A stretch of 64,000 nucleotides of DNA from a virus: positions 32,001-96,000 of the IMG/VR virus record IMGVR_UViG_3300023174_000001. One strand, given 5' to 3'. Each line of letters starts with the position of its first letter. The first letter of the stretch is position 1. Shown in pieces: positions 20,512 to 29,125 of the stretch. The notes below the pieces were generated by a model that made no database searches, had not been told where the DNA came from, and saw only the letters and a list, made by a program, of their open reading frames with translations. A program made the translations under genes and the position numbers.

Positions 20512-20646
20512 ATGGCAAAGAGCAAGGGTGGCGGAAAGCCAGTACCAGAAGTAAAGAGTTCTGGTAGACAGAACGGCAAGGCTAGTAAGAAACGCCCTAA
20601 GATTTTTGACAAAGAAAAGCGTCGCTTAGTTGTAAAAACTAACTAA
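20512..20646 (+). CDS. 44-aa basic peptide (not in ORF track)
   Basis: AGGAG RBS; MAKSKGGGKPVPEVKSSGRQNGKASKKRPKIFDKEKRRLVVKTN. Confidence 0.6.
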   Translation: MAKSKGGGKPVPEVKSSGRQNGKASKKRPKIFDKEKRRLVVKTN

Positions 20647-20690
20647 GTGTGATACCATATCTATATAACTAAATAGTGAAGCAACACCAA

Positions 20691-21035
20691 GGGGATGCCT
20701 GGTTTCGACTGGGAGACTTTAGTATGGTGAAGCACGCAGAGATGGCGGTCTCTCTTGAACCCGCTAAAACAATAAATGCTGAATCTCGTTCCGCATTCGC
20801 TCTTGCTGCGTAATCTTTAGTTAGGTTGCGTTCGCATTTGCCCCTAGAAAAGCAGTAGTTCTCGCTGGGCATCTAGGTTTCAAATAAAGAGAACAACCAA
20901 AGCCACGCAAGTGGAACGGTCTAGTGGCACTGCCGACCTGAAACGCAGTGTGTAGCAAACCGTGGCTGGTAAGCCTAAGCGTGTAGAAGAACATATAAAC
21001 CTTTCAGGACAGGGGTTCGACTCCCCTCATCTCCA
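20691..21035 (+). ncRNA. ssrA: tmRNA, tag (A)AESRSAFALAA
   Basis: GGGGATG/CATCTCC acceptor stem with G3-U, TTCGAC, resume context ATAAAT-GCT, tag ending ALAA-stop, T-arm GGGGTTCGACTCCCC; CCA not encoded. Confidence 0.95.
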
Positions 21036-21038
21036 CGC

Positions 21039-21295
21039 TTGCAGACAAAGAGAGCGTACAGCGGTCTGCCCAGCCTAGGTAATGGAAACTCTCAAGGACT
21101 GGCGTAGCCAAGGTGCTACGAGTCGATTCGGTAAGTAGTAGTCGGTAGTGCAAATCTACACAGTCCACAAAAGGCTCTTTACTGCTGAGTCCACAAAACC
21201 AACCAGCAGAGTGAAAACTTGAGACGACTCGTAAGAGTGGGAACCTCTGGAACCAAGGTCCAAACTTGGGAAAAGTCAGTACTAGGTTTGCCAAA
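21039..21295 (+). ncRNA. Unassigned structured RNA A
   Basis: Nested stems AGCCTAG/CTAGGTT, TCTCAAG/CTTGAGA, CGTAGC/GCTACG, CTGCTG/CAGCAG, ACTC-GTAA-GAGT, CCAAG/CTTGG; no credible ORF. Confidence 0.55.
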
Positions 21296-21313
21296 CTTTT
21301 TTGGTGTGTTGTA

Positions 21314-21342
21314 TTGACAAATGTATTTTTTGTCTGTACTAT
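21314..21342 (+). promoter_or_regulatory. SigA-type promoter
   Basis: TTGACA-N17-TACTAT. Confidence 0.75.
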
Positions 21343-21350
21343 CAAAATAT

Positions 21351-21512
21351 CAAAACTGCAAAGTGCGAGGAGTTAGGCACTCCCTAGCAACCCCTCCTAG
21401 TAACGAACCCGTGAGATGAAAAGATTGCCTTGGTAATCCAAATAGTCAATACCCTAGTAGACAACGGTACGGCGAGCAGTGAGACCAATTCACGATTGGG
21501 TTTGTAGTTTTG
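21351..21512 (+). ncRNA. Unassigned structured RNA B
   Basis: 12-bp closing stem CAAAACTGCAAA/TTTGTAGTTTTG beginning at the predicted TSS; internal hairpins. Confidence 0.55.
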
Positions 21513-21548
21513 TAAGTATTACTGAAAAGTAAAAATATACTTCTTGGC

Positions 21549-21611
21549 TGGATAGTCAAGGGGAGGGTTGTCTGTCAAGGCAGATACTAGGTTCGATACC
21601 TAGCAATCCAC
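21549..21611 (+). ncRNA. tRNA-like element lacking a proper D-arm
   Basis: Acceptor-like TGGATAG/CAATCCA, T-arm CTAGG-TTCGATA-CCTAG, stem-loop containing GTC. Confidence 0.5.
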
Positions 21612-21636
21612 AAACAGAGTGGCGACGGTTGCTCTG

Positions 21637-21790
21637 GAGTATGGCTGAACAACTCCAATCTTCAGATGGGGGAGTAAGGCACTATCGGACACTAGCGTGT
21701 CGTCTTAGCGGACAAACGATAGGTGTGCTGAAAAGCGGGCTAAGAACCGAACTGAATTGGCACTGGTAGTAAAATGCAGTCTACCTACTC
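21637..21790 (+). ncRNA. Structured RNA C (possibly manA-motif-like)
   Basis: GAGTA/TACTC and GGCTG/CAGTC closing stems, multibranch GCAC/GTGC, CTATCG/CGATAG, GACAC/GTGTC; resemblance to manA is from memory only. Confidence 0.5.
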
Positions 21791-21843
21791 ACATCACTCC
21801 ACGCTGGAGCCTCATTAGGTGAAAGCAATGTGGAGTGATATCC

Positions 21844-21914
21844 GCGTGTGTAGTTCAATGGTAGAACTCCAGTTTTCCAAACTGGTAGCGTAGGTTCGAT
21901 TCCTACTACACGCT
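21844..21914 (+). tRNA. tRNA-Gly(TCC)
   Basis: Cloverleaf: GCGTGTG/TACACGC, anticodon arm CCAGT-TTTCCAA-ACTGG, GGTTCGATTCC. Confidence 0.95.
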
Positions 21915-21915
21915 C

Positions 21916-21953
21916 GAAGCCTCACTTCCCGCCTCTCTGGAAGTGGGGCTTTT
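21916..21953 (+). terminator. Intrinsic terminator closing the RNA island
   Basis: AAGCCTCACTTCC/GGAAGTGGGGCTT plus T tract. Confidence 0.75.
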
Positions 21954-22058
21954 CAACTATTTGGAGTATGCTTTGTATAAATTTGTGTTTAGGTTTATAC
22001 TGCCTGAATGTCCAAAAAACGATACATTATTATATAACTTTTAGAGAAAGAGCGATAA

Positions 22059-22466
22059 ATGACTAATGATTACCAACCTCACTTTGATACTGACCTAGAG
22101 CGTGGCAAAGTTGGGGAAGACCTTCTCAATACTTTCTTGGCTGATTTGGCTGGAAAGAAGTTCGAGGTAAAGACTGACTATCGTGCTTGGGAAACTGGCA
22201 ACTTTTACATTGAGACTTGGCAGTACCGACAGCCAGACGCAAGTGATAAAAAAGAATCTGGAATCAATATCACACAGGCGGAGTACTGGTGCTTTGCTGG
22301 GCCGAACAAAAATGGGTTTGTAATGATACAAACTGAAGCCTTGAAAGAACTACTTAGGGCAACTGAATATCCTGTAGCACATCAGCCAATCTCGACGCTT
22401 GACACAAACGCCAGTAAAGGTAGGCTGGTGCCAGTAGTGGATGTTCTCAGAAAGATTGGTCTGTGA
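22059..22466 (+). CDS. PD-(D/E)xK nuclease-like protein
   Basis: FEVKTD...TGNFYIET motif. Confidence 0.55.
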   Translation: MTNDYQPHFDTDLERGKVGEDLLNTFLADLAGKKFEVKTDYRAWETGNFYIETWQYRQPDASDKKESGINITQAEYWCFAGPNKNGFVMIQTEALKELLRATEYPVAHQPISTLDTNASKGRLVPVVDVLRKIGL

Positions 22467-22595
22467 TGAACGAAATTGGTTGGGTGTTTCTTGCTTATGT
22501 TTTGATATTCGGTTTAGTAAACTTGGTTGGTATAATCTATATAAATAGATGCGTTGCTCCAACTCAGAAATCTATAGACAGAAAGATAAAAAGAA

Positions 22596-22925
22596 ATGCA
22601 CGAAGATAGTTTCATTGAGAAGTTCAAAGCAAGCCTTGGAGACAAGTCCCTTGCTTTTTCTAATACCTTAAGCAAGATTTTCACTAAAGACGAACCTGAA
22701 ATCGTCGACGGTCCTAAGGTAAAGATAGACAAAGAAGACTATGAACTTATGGCTGTGTCTTGGAAAGAGTTGGGTGCTTCTCAAGAGAGAGAAGAACTTA
22801 GGTATGTTCTAAAGCAGATGGCTAAAATGGCTGAGTTGCACACAGATAAAAGTTTTATAGAGGGGATAAACCTTGTCTTGAAAGAGATAGAGGATAGAGA
22901 AAGAAAGAGTCAAGGCAATGACTAA
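22596..22925 (+). CDS. Hypothetical protein
   Basis: ORF coupled to the downstream GT. Confidence 0.55.
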   Translation: MHEDSFIEKFKASLGDKSLAFSNTLSKIFTKDEPEIVDGPKVKIDKEDYELMAVSWKELGASQEREELRYVLKQMAKMAELHTDKSFIEGINLVLKEIEDRERKSQGND

Positions 22926-23664
22926 ATCTTTAAACGCTAGCCAAGCAATCACGGAGAAGTCTTTAAAGATAGGGATAGTAATACCATTAAGAATGACTCC
23001 TGATAGGGAGAGGTCTTTTTACCATGTTTTTAAGTGGCTGGCAAATGAGTTTGTCGACATCCCTCTCTATATAAGCGACAGCGACGGAGAGCGATTCAAT
23101 GTGTCTGAGGCTAGAAACCGTGGGTGCTTAGAAGCCATAAACGATGGTGTCGACATTCTTATGGTTCTAGATGCTGACACCACTATCACCAACAGGCCTA
23201 ATTTGGATGAGGCTTTTGAGTTAGCGACTTTGGGCGTTTTAAGTATGACTAAATTGCATATACAACTTAGTGCCAGAGAAAGCGAGGAAATATTTGCTGG
23301 TGCAGAAGTAAAGAATAAAGACTTTGATTTGACTGAAATAGAGAATTCGCCCGGTGGATTGTGGGTGTTCTCAGTCGAAGTGTTCCAGAAAATAAACGGT
23401 TGGGATGAGCGTTTTATTGGTTGGGGATTTGAGGATAACTCGCTAATTAAGGCATACGAAAAAATATATGCTAAAAAAGTTCACAGAATAGACTCAATTG
23501 CTGTGGCTTTTAATAATGAAACTAGGGACTATACTCCCGAATCTCTTCGCAAGAATGAAGAAAAATATGAGCATTATGAGGCTATCTCCAGTAAAAAAGA
23601 AATGTTAAAAATGGTGAGTAAAAATATGGTTCACTTGGATAAAAAGGAAGTTACGCTTGACTAA
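22918..23664 (+). CDS. Glycosyltransferase (GT2/GT7-like)
   Basis: IVIPLR, ARNRG, DADT, GWDERFIGWGFED. Confidence 0.8.
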   Translation: MTKSLNASQAITEKSLKIGIVIPLRMTPDRERSFYHVFKWLANEFVDIPLYISDSDGERFNVSEARNRGCLEAINDGVDILMVLDADTTITNRPNLDEAFELATLGVLSMTKLHIQLSARESEEIFAGAEVKNKDFDLTEIENSPGGLWVFSVEVFQKINGWDERFIGWGFEDNSLIKAYEKIYAKKVHRIDSIAVAFNNETRDYTPESLRKNEEKYEHYEAISSKKEMLKMVSKNMVHLDKKEVTLD

Positions 23665-25201
23665 GTTTTTAGACACCAATGAAGCGGTCGTGTACCACGG
23701 AAACTGCTTAGACAAACTAAAAGAATTGCCTGACAATTCCATTGATGCGATTGTCACTGACCCACCTTATGGCTTAGGTAATGCTGACCCTGAATACATT
23801 ATGTCTGCTCTAAAGATGTGGATGGATGGGGATAGAGAACATATCCCTGCTGGTAAAGGTTTTATGGGAAAGCAGTGGGATGCTTTTGTTCCACCACCTG
23901 CTGTGTGGGATGAATGTTTTAGAGTGCTAAAGCCAGGTGGACACATCTTGGTATTCGCTGGCACACGCACGCAAGACCTTATGGGGCTTAGCGTAAGAAT
24001 GGCTGGCTTTGAGATTAGAGACAGCATCTCTTGGATTTATGGTTCTGGCTTTCCTAAGTCGCTCGACATCAGTAAGGCATTAGACAAGATGGCTGGGGCT
24101 GAACGCGAAGTACTTGGTCGCAATCCGAACAGTCGTGAGAACGCCACTAAGGAAAACACTCTTTATGAGAGTGGAACTGTGGGCAAGACAGACTTTATTA
24201 CAGCACCTGCTACTGACGCTGCTAAGCAATGGGAGGGTTGGGGCACTGCTCTAAAGCCAGCAGTCGAGCCAATCATCGTTGGTCGCAAGCCACTTTCAGA
24301 AAAAAATGTATCTCTCAATGTATTGAAGTGGGGAACTGGTGGCATCAACATAGACGCTAGTCGCATTGGTCGTGCTGATAATGATGTATCAAGTGCTGGA
24401 GCACGAACCGCAACATTTGGAACGCAAGAAACTGTATCTGGTGGAGATGGTTCTGGTGGCTGGGAGCAGAACAGTGGGGGTCGCTTTCCAGCAAACCTAA
24501 TCTTCACTCACGCAGAAGACTGCGTAGAAATCGGCGTAGTAGAAGAGTCTTATGCGATAAACAAGACTGAGGAGTGGACTGGCTTCGGACAGAAAGAACG
24601 CCCCGACTACCAAAGTTCAGAACAGAAAGTGTCGACGGTCCTATATGAATGTGTAGACTGGTGTCCTGTAAAGGAACTAGATGAGCAAAGTGGGATTCTA
24701 AAGTCTGGTTCTATGGACAGCATTACAAAAGGCTATGACCCTGAAACTTTCAATACTTTTGGTAAGCAGTACGCTCGTAGGGTTGTTCACAAGGGAGACT
24801 CTGGTGGGGCATCTCGCTTCTTCTATGTTGCTAAGGCAAATAAGAAAGATAGAAACGAAGGTCTCGACGGTCTTATGGAAAAGGGTAAGGTCTACAACGG
24901 AACATCGGAAGACAGTGCTGGTAAAGCACCGGGTTCAGTAGAGGACAAGTTCTCCACTAAGCCACAAACTAATTTCCACCCAACGGTGAAGCCGACATCC
25001 CTAATGGAATACCTTGTAGCACTTGTGTGTCCTGTTGGTGGAGTTGTGCTTGACCCATTTACTGGGAGTGGAAGTACTGGCAAGGCTGCTATCCGTAAGG
25101 GTATGAAGTTTATTGGTATTGAAATGACAGACGAGTATTTACCAATCATCAAGGGTCGCCTTGAACACGAAATCAACAAGAAGAACGGAAGCCTATTCTA
25201 A
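23657..25201 (+). CDS. DNA N6-A/N4-C methyltransferase (beta type)
   Basis: TDPPY, HPTVKP, DPFTGSGSTG. Confidence 0.9.
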   Translation: MTKFLDTNEAVVYHGNCLDKLKELPDNSIDAIVTDPPYGLGNADPEYIMSALKMWMDGDREHIPAGKGFMGKQWDAFVPPPAVWDECFRVLKPGGHILVFAGTRTQDLMGLSVRMAGFEIRDSISWIYGSGFPKSLDISKALDKMAGAEREVLGRNPNSRENATKENTLYESGTVGKTDFITAPATDAAKQWEGWGTALKPAVEPIIVGRKPLSEKNVSLNVLKWGTGGINIDASRIGRADNDVSSAGARTATFGTQETVSGGDGSGGWEQNSGGRFPANLIFTHAEDCVEIGVVEESYAINKTEEWTGFGQKERPDYQSSEQKVSTVLYECVDWCPVKELDEQSGILKSGSMDSITKGYDPETFNTFGKQYARRVVHKGDSGGASRFFYVAKANKKDRNEGLDGLMEKGKVYNGTSEDSAGKAPGSVEDKFSTKPQTNFHPTVKPTSLMEYLVALVCPVGGVVLDPFTGSGSTGKAAIRKGMKFIGIEMTDEYLPIIKGRLEHEINKKNGSLF

Positions 25202-25491
25202 TGACAATTATCAGACCGCTATTTGACAGAGTACTAATTGAGCAAATCAAAGCACAGGAGACAACTTCTGGTGGCTTGATTATTCCAGACAGTGCTCAGA
25301 CCCCGCCGCAAGAGGCAATCGTAATTGCTGTTGGTGAGGGAAAGCGAAACTCTAATGGTGAACTAAACCCTATTGGTGTGGCTGTGGGGGACAGAGTTAT
25401 CTTCTCGCAGTACTCAGGCACAAAGGTTGAGTATGACGGTAAGTCATACATCCTTATGAATGTGGCTGACTTGTTCGCTGTGGTGGAATAG
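25201..25491 (+). CDS. groES: Co-chaperonin GroES
   Basis: IRPLFDRVL, TSGGLIIPDSA, AVGEG, VGDRVIFSQYSGT. Confidence 0.93.
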   Translation: MTIIRPLFDRVLIEQIKAQETTSGGLIIPDSAQTPPQEAIVIAVGEGKRNSNGELNPIGVAVGDRVIFSQYSGTKVEYDGKSYILMNVADLFAVVE

Positions 25492-26561
25492 TGCCTGAGG
25501 AAGAAGAAGAACTAAAGAGTCCCCTCGCTAAAGCAACTGCTAATGCTTTAGACCACCAAAAGAAACTGCTACACGCCACAAGCGAGGCTCTAGACGCTGT
25601 TTTCAATATGGGCTGTGAAGTCGGAGTTGCTGAAGAGCGAGACCGAATTGTAAAATGGATTGAAGAGAATGTCTCTGAGTGGGGCTCTAAAGAAGATGGG
25701 CTCTATGTGAAAAGAGACCACTTTGATTCAGATGATTTACTTGCCTTTATTAGAGGAGAGAAAAATGAGCATTGAAGCCTATGACTATGGCAAACAAGAT
25801 GGGGCTAAAGAAGAACGAGAACGCATCATCAAACTGCTAGAAGAGATGCAGGAAACCGCTTTGGCAACTGAAACAAATGAAGGAAGTAAGACTGCTTGGG
25901 TTTTAGAGAATGCTATTGCTCTTATCAAAGGAGAAACAAATGGATAAAGTTATTTGCGAGCACGACCTACTACACATTTATAATAAACACGAGTGTGATG
26001 GGTGCTGTGCTCAATACATACTTACAGAAGAAACTAAATAGAAAGAATAAATAAGATGGATGAATTAGAGTGTAATTACTTAGGTTTTATCAGTACTACC
26101 GATGCTGGACTACAGACATTCTTTGCTGTGGTTATGACTGCTTTAGTAGTGGTCCTTGGTGCTAGTTTGGTTGGTGCTATAACAACTAAGAACAGACTGG
26201 CTAGTGAACTAAAGAAAGAAAAAGAGACAAATGAGCAAAGAAATTCATCAAAGTAAGGCAAGTATTTTTACCTTCATTTCTATTGTTTTAGTGATGCTTG
26301 GAGTGCTGGCTTACGGATTTTCGGTTGTAGAAACCGATTACATCGACGGTCCTAAGGAAAGAATGGCAGAAGAATGTAAAAAACTCTGGCTAGAACAGGG
26401 TGAGGAAGTAGCAGTAAAAAATGGATGCTAAAGAACTTGGTACTGAAATAGATGCTCTTGATGAAAAGATTGAGTTGCTTGGTATTGAGATTGATGTCAT
26501 CGGGGAACACATCAAGGCTCTAGGTTTAAAAATACAAAGACTACGGGATGGAATGACTGAG
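25491..26561 (+). CDS. Run of short hypothetical ORFs (25491-25775, ~25765-25947, 26056-26256, 26231-26431 and smaller)
   Basis: Overlapping start/stop ORFs with GGAG RBS; two share EER(D/E)RI.K. Confidence 0.5.
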
Positions 26562-27451
26562 TGAAGATTTACATTGCTGGTCCAATGTCAGGACACGAAG
26601 ATTGGAACTTTCCAGCATTCTTTGAGGCTGAAGAGAAACTGAAGGAACTAGGATATGAAACGCTCAACCCAGCCACTAATGACGGTGCTAGTCTCGAAGT
26701 TGCCATACAAAATGCAATATCCGCTCGTGATAGTGGGGCTACTTGGTCTTCTTATATGCGGCGTGATTTATCTAATCTTTGTTTATCCGATGCTGTATGT
26801 GTACTGCCAAATTGGAAGAGCAGTAAAGGTGCTTCGCTCGAAGTTCAAGTCGCACAAGCCTTAGGCATTCCTATCTACATACTAAAAGATGGAGTGCTAA
26901 CTCCACGAGTAACTGTGATTGGTATTGCTGGCTATGCTCGAAGTGGTAAAGATACTGTTGCTGATTACTTAGTAGAACATTATGGATATGAAAAAGTATC
27001 TTTCTCAACGCCGATGAAAGAGGCGATGTATCGCTTGAACCCACGCATCACCATAAATGAAAGTGTAAACAATCCAATACGAATTGGTGTAGATGTTTAT
27101 GGTTGGGAAGGTCTGAAAGAGCGTAGCCCAGATGTCCGCGGTCTGCTACAACGCTTTGGCACCGAAGTTGGTCGTGAGATGTTTGGTGAGAACTTCTGGG
27201 TGGACTACGCTCTGAACTCTATCGTCGACGGCACTAAGGTAGTAATCTCTGATGTCAGATATCCAAACGAAGTCAATGCTATAAAAGCATTAGGTGGGAA
27301 AGTTTATAGAGTCGAGAGAGATGGAGTTGGCCCTGCTAACTCTCACGCTTCTGAAAATGGGCTGGATGGTTATGAGTTTGATGGAGAACTTCAAAACAAC
27401 GAAAGTGTGGAGTGGTTGTACAGGCTTATTGAGAATCAAATACTAAATTAG
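26561..27451 (+). CDS. DUF4406 (deoxyribosyltransferase-like) fused to dNMP kinase
   Basis: IYIAGPMSG, LNPA, W.SSKGA.LE; then GYARSGKDT, R.LLQ.FGTE, DVRYPNE. Confidence 0.85.
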   Translation: MKIYIAGPMSGHEDWNFPAFFEAEEKLKELGYETLNPATNDGASLEVAIQNAISARDSGATWSSYMRRDLSNLCLSDAVCVLPNWKSSKGASLEVQVAQALGIPIYILKDGVLTPRVTVIGIAGYARSGKDTVADYLVEHYGYEKVSFSTPMKEAMYRLNPRITINESVNNPIRIGVDVYGWEGLKERSPDVRGLLQRFGTEVGREMFGENFWVDYALNSIVDGTKVVISDVRYPNEVNAIKALGGKVYRVERDGVGPANSHASENGLDGYEFDGELQNNESVEWLYRLIENQILN

Positions 27452-27458
27452 AGGAAGT

Positions 27459-28142
27459 ATGAAAATAGGCATTGTCATACCTTGGAGACCTCAGCCGAGT
27501 AGGTTAGAGACTAAGAAATTTATAGTCAAACACTACAAAGAAATGTTTCCTGATGCGAAGATTTACTTTGCCGATAAAAAAGGCGAGAAATGGAACATGA
27601 GTGGTAGTAGAAATCTTGGTTGCGACAAGGCAATAGCAGATGGTTGCGATGTCATAGTTGTGTCTGATGCTGACATGTATGTTAAGAAAGACAGAATCTT
27701 AGACGCTTGCGAGATTTCTATCAAGCAGGGGATTGTGTCTAACCCTTATGGAAAAATTGTGTTCCTTGATGATAAGGACTCCAATCTTTTTATGAGTAAT
27801 CAGGATAAGTTTTTTGAAGATACTAAAGAACTTCTCAAGGTCTACCCTGCTCTATATGGGGGAGTATACACAATCACTCCAAGCACATTCAAGGAACTAA
27901 ACGGCTGGGATGAAAGATTTAGTGCGTGGGGGTTTGAAGATTTGGCGTTTAGAGACACCCACAAAAAGATTACTGGTCTTGATTTCTATAAAACTGGCGG
28001 ATTAGGTGTCTGGCTTGGCCACGAAGACAGAGATAAAAGTTTAGAAAGTGTAAATGAAAAACTTTATAATAACTTCTATAAGAGTTTGAGCAAGAATGAA
28101 TTGGCAGATTGGATAAAAGGAAATAGATTTGAACTTCTATGA
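27459..28142 (+). CDS. Glycosyltransferase (paralog of 22918..23664)
   Basis: IVIPWR, DADM, GWDERFSAWGFED. Confidence 0.8.
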   Translation: MKIGIVIPWRPQPSRLETKKFIVKHYKEMFPDAKIYFADKKGEKWNMSGSRNLGCDKAIADGCDVIVVSDADMYVKKDRILDACEISIKQGIVSNPYGKIVFLDDKDSNLFMSNQDKFFEDTKELLKVYPALYGGVYTITPSTFKELNGWDERFSAWGFEDLAFRDTHKKITGLDFYKTGGLGVWLGHEDRDKSLESVNEKLYNNFYKSLSKNELADWIKGNRFELL

Positions 28143-28458
28143 TGAAATAAAAAATGCTATGGGGCCTAAGTATTACGACAGAGACGGCAAAAAGATTACT
28201 CAAGAAGAGTGGGGGTCTTTGACTCAAGACAGGTCTTATAAAACTATTGGCAGTTTTGAAGTCCTAGCAAATGGGGAAAGAATATCAGTTTCTACTGCTT
28301 GGATTGGGGCTGACTACGATGGGACTCAGCAAAGGCTCTATGAAACTATGGTGTTTGGTGGTCGCAATAGTGGGCTAACTAGGTTCTATGCCACGGAACT
28401 TGAGGCTATGTTGGGGCATCACGATGTGGTTGATATAGTACAAGACACCCTTTATTAG
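28129..28458 (+). CDS. Hypothetical protein
   Basis: VSTAWIG.D...YETMVFGG phage-type motif. Confidence 0.6.
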   Translation: MNFYDEIKNAMGPKYYDRDGKKITQEEWGSLTQDRSYKTIGSFEVLANGERISVSTAWIGADYDGTQQRLYETMVFGGRNSGLTRFYATELEAMLGHHDVVDIVQDTLY

Positions 28459-28476
28459 ATAGGGTAAAATTGGGCT

Positions 28477-28818
28477 ATGGACATCCCAGAGCAAGTAATC
28501 GTAGGAACGCAGACATTTGATATTGTCGTGCGTAATAGAAAAGACGATGGTATGCTCAATGACGGAACCTTTGGCTACACACTAGATACTGAAAATCTGA
28601 TTGTGATTGACAGTGCTTTATCGCATAGTAGGCAGAAAGTAACGCTCCTACACGAAGTTTTACACGCTATCGGGTTTGTATATGACACATCTGTAAAGCC
28701 TAAGAAGAGCGACGAGTTCTCTATTTGGGAGCATTATTTCATTGGTATTTATGAAGAGGGACTTCTTTTGGTTCTCAGGGACAATCCAGACCTACTTGAG
28801 TATCTAAGACACGCTTAG
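28477..28818 (+). CDS. HExxH metalloprotein-like protein
   Basis: TLLHEVLHAI; TAAAAT 6 nt before ATG (leaderless). Confidence 0.65.
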   Translation: MDIPEQVIVGTQTFDIVVRNRKDDGMLNDGTFGYTLDTENLIVIDSALSHSRQKVTLLHEVLHAIGFVYDTSVKPKKSDEFSIWEHYFIGIYEEGLLLVLRDNPDLLEYLRHA

Positions 28819-28874
28819 GAAAAAAGTTCTAAATTACCTTGTCTTGTATTCATTTCCTGTGCTATCATCTTTAT

Positions 28875-28976
28875 GTAGTTAGTTCCTTCCATTCTAATTA
28901 CACGGGTAGTTGTTCATAGTTGCTCGTCTCCTTTCGGGGAAAACCCTCTGCCTTCGGGTAGGGGGTTTTCTTTTTA
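28875..28976 (+). ncRNA. Candidate sRNA
   Basis: Upstream TGcTATCAT -10, G-U-rich hairpins, C(TTCG)G terminator. Confidence 0.5.
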
Positions 28977-29074
28977 CTGTGAAAAAAGTAGCGTAGGGAA
29001 TGTAAAAATGGTAGTGTTTATTTGACGGTGGATACAGGGGTGTGTCCTTAGTCATTTGCATATACATAACAAAG

Positions 29075-29104
29075 AAAAACCCCCTGCTTTTGGCGGGGGG
29101 TTTT
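29075..29104 (-). terminator. Intrinsic terminator after the M23 gene
   Basis: AAAAACCCCCTGC/GCGGGGGTTTT. Confidence 0.75.
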
Positions 29105-29125
29105 ACTTATTCCTTGTCGGAAACT

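Noticed and set aside
21039-21295. RNase P RNA or group I intron identity for RNA A
   Set aside because: No GAGGAAAGUCC P4 signature and no recognisable group I core or flanking exons
20669-21345. Minus-strand ORFs 20669-20872 and 21004-21345
   Set aside because: Antisense to tmRNA and the structured RNA
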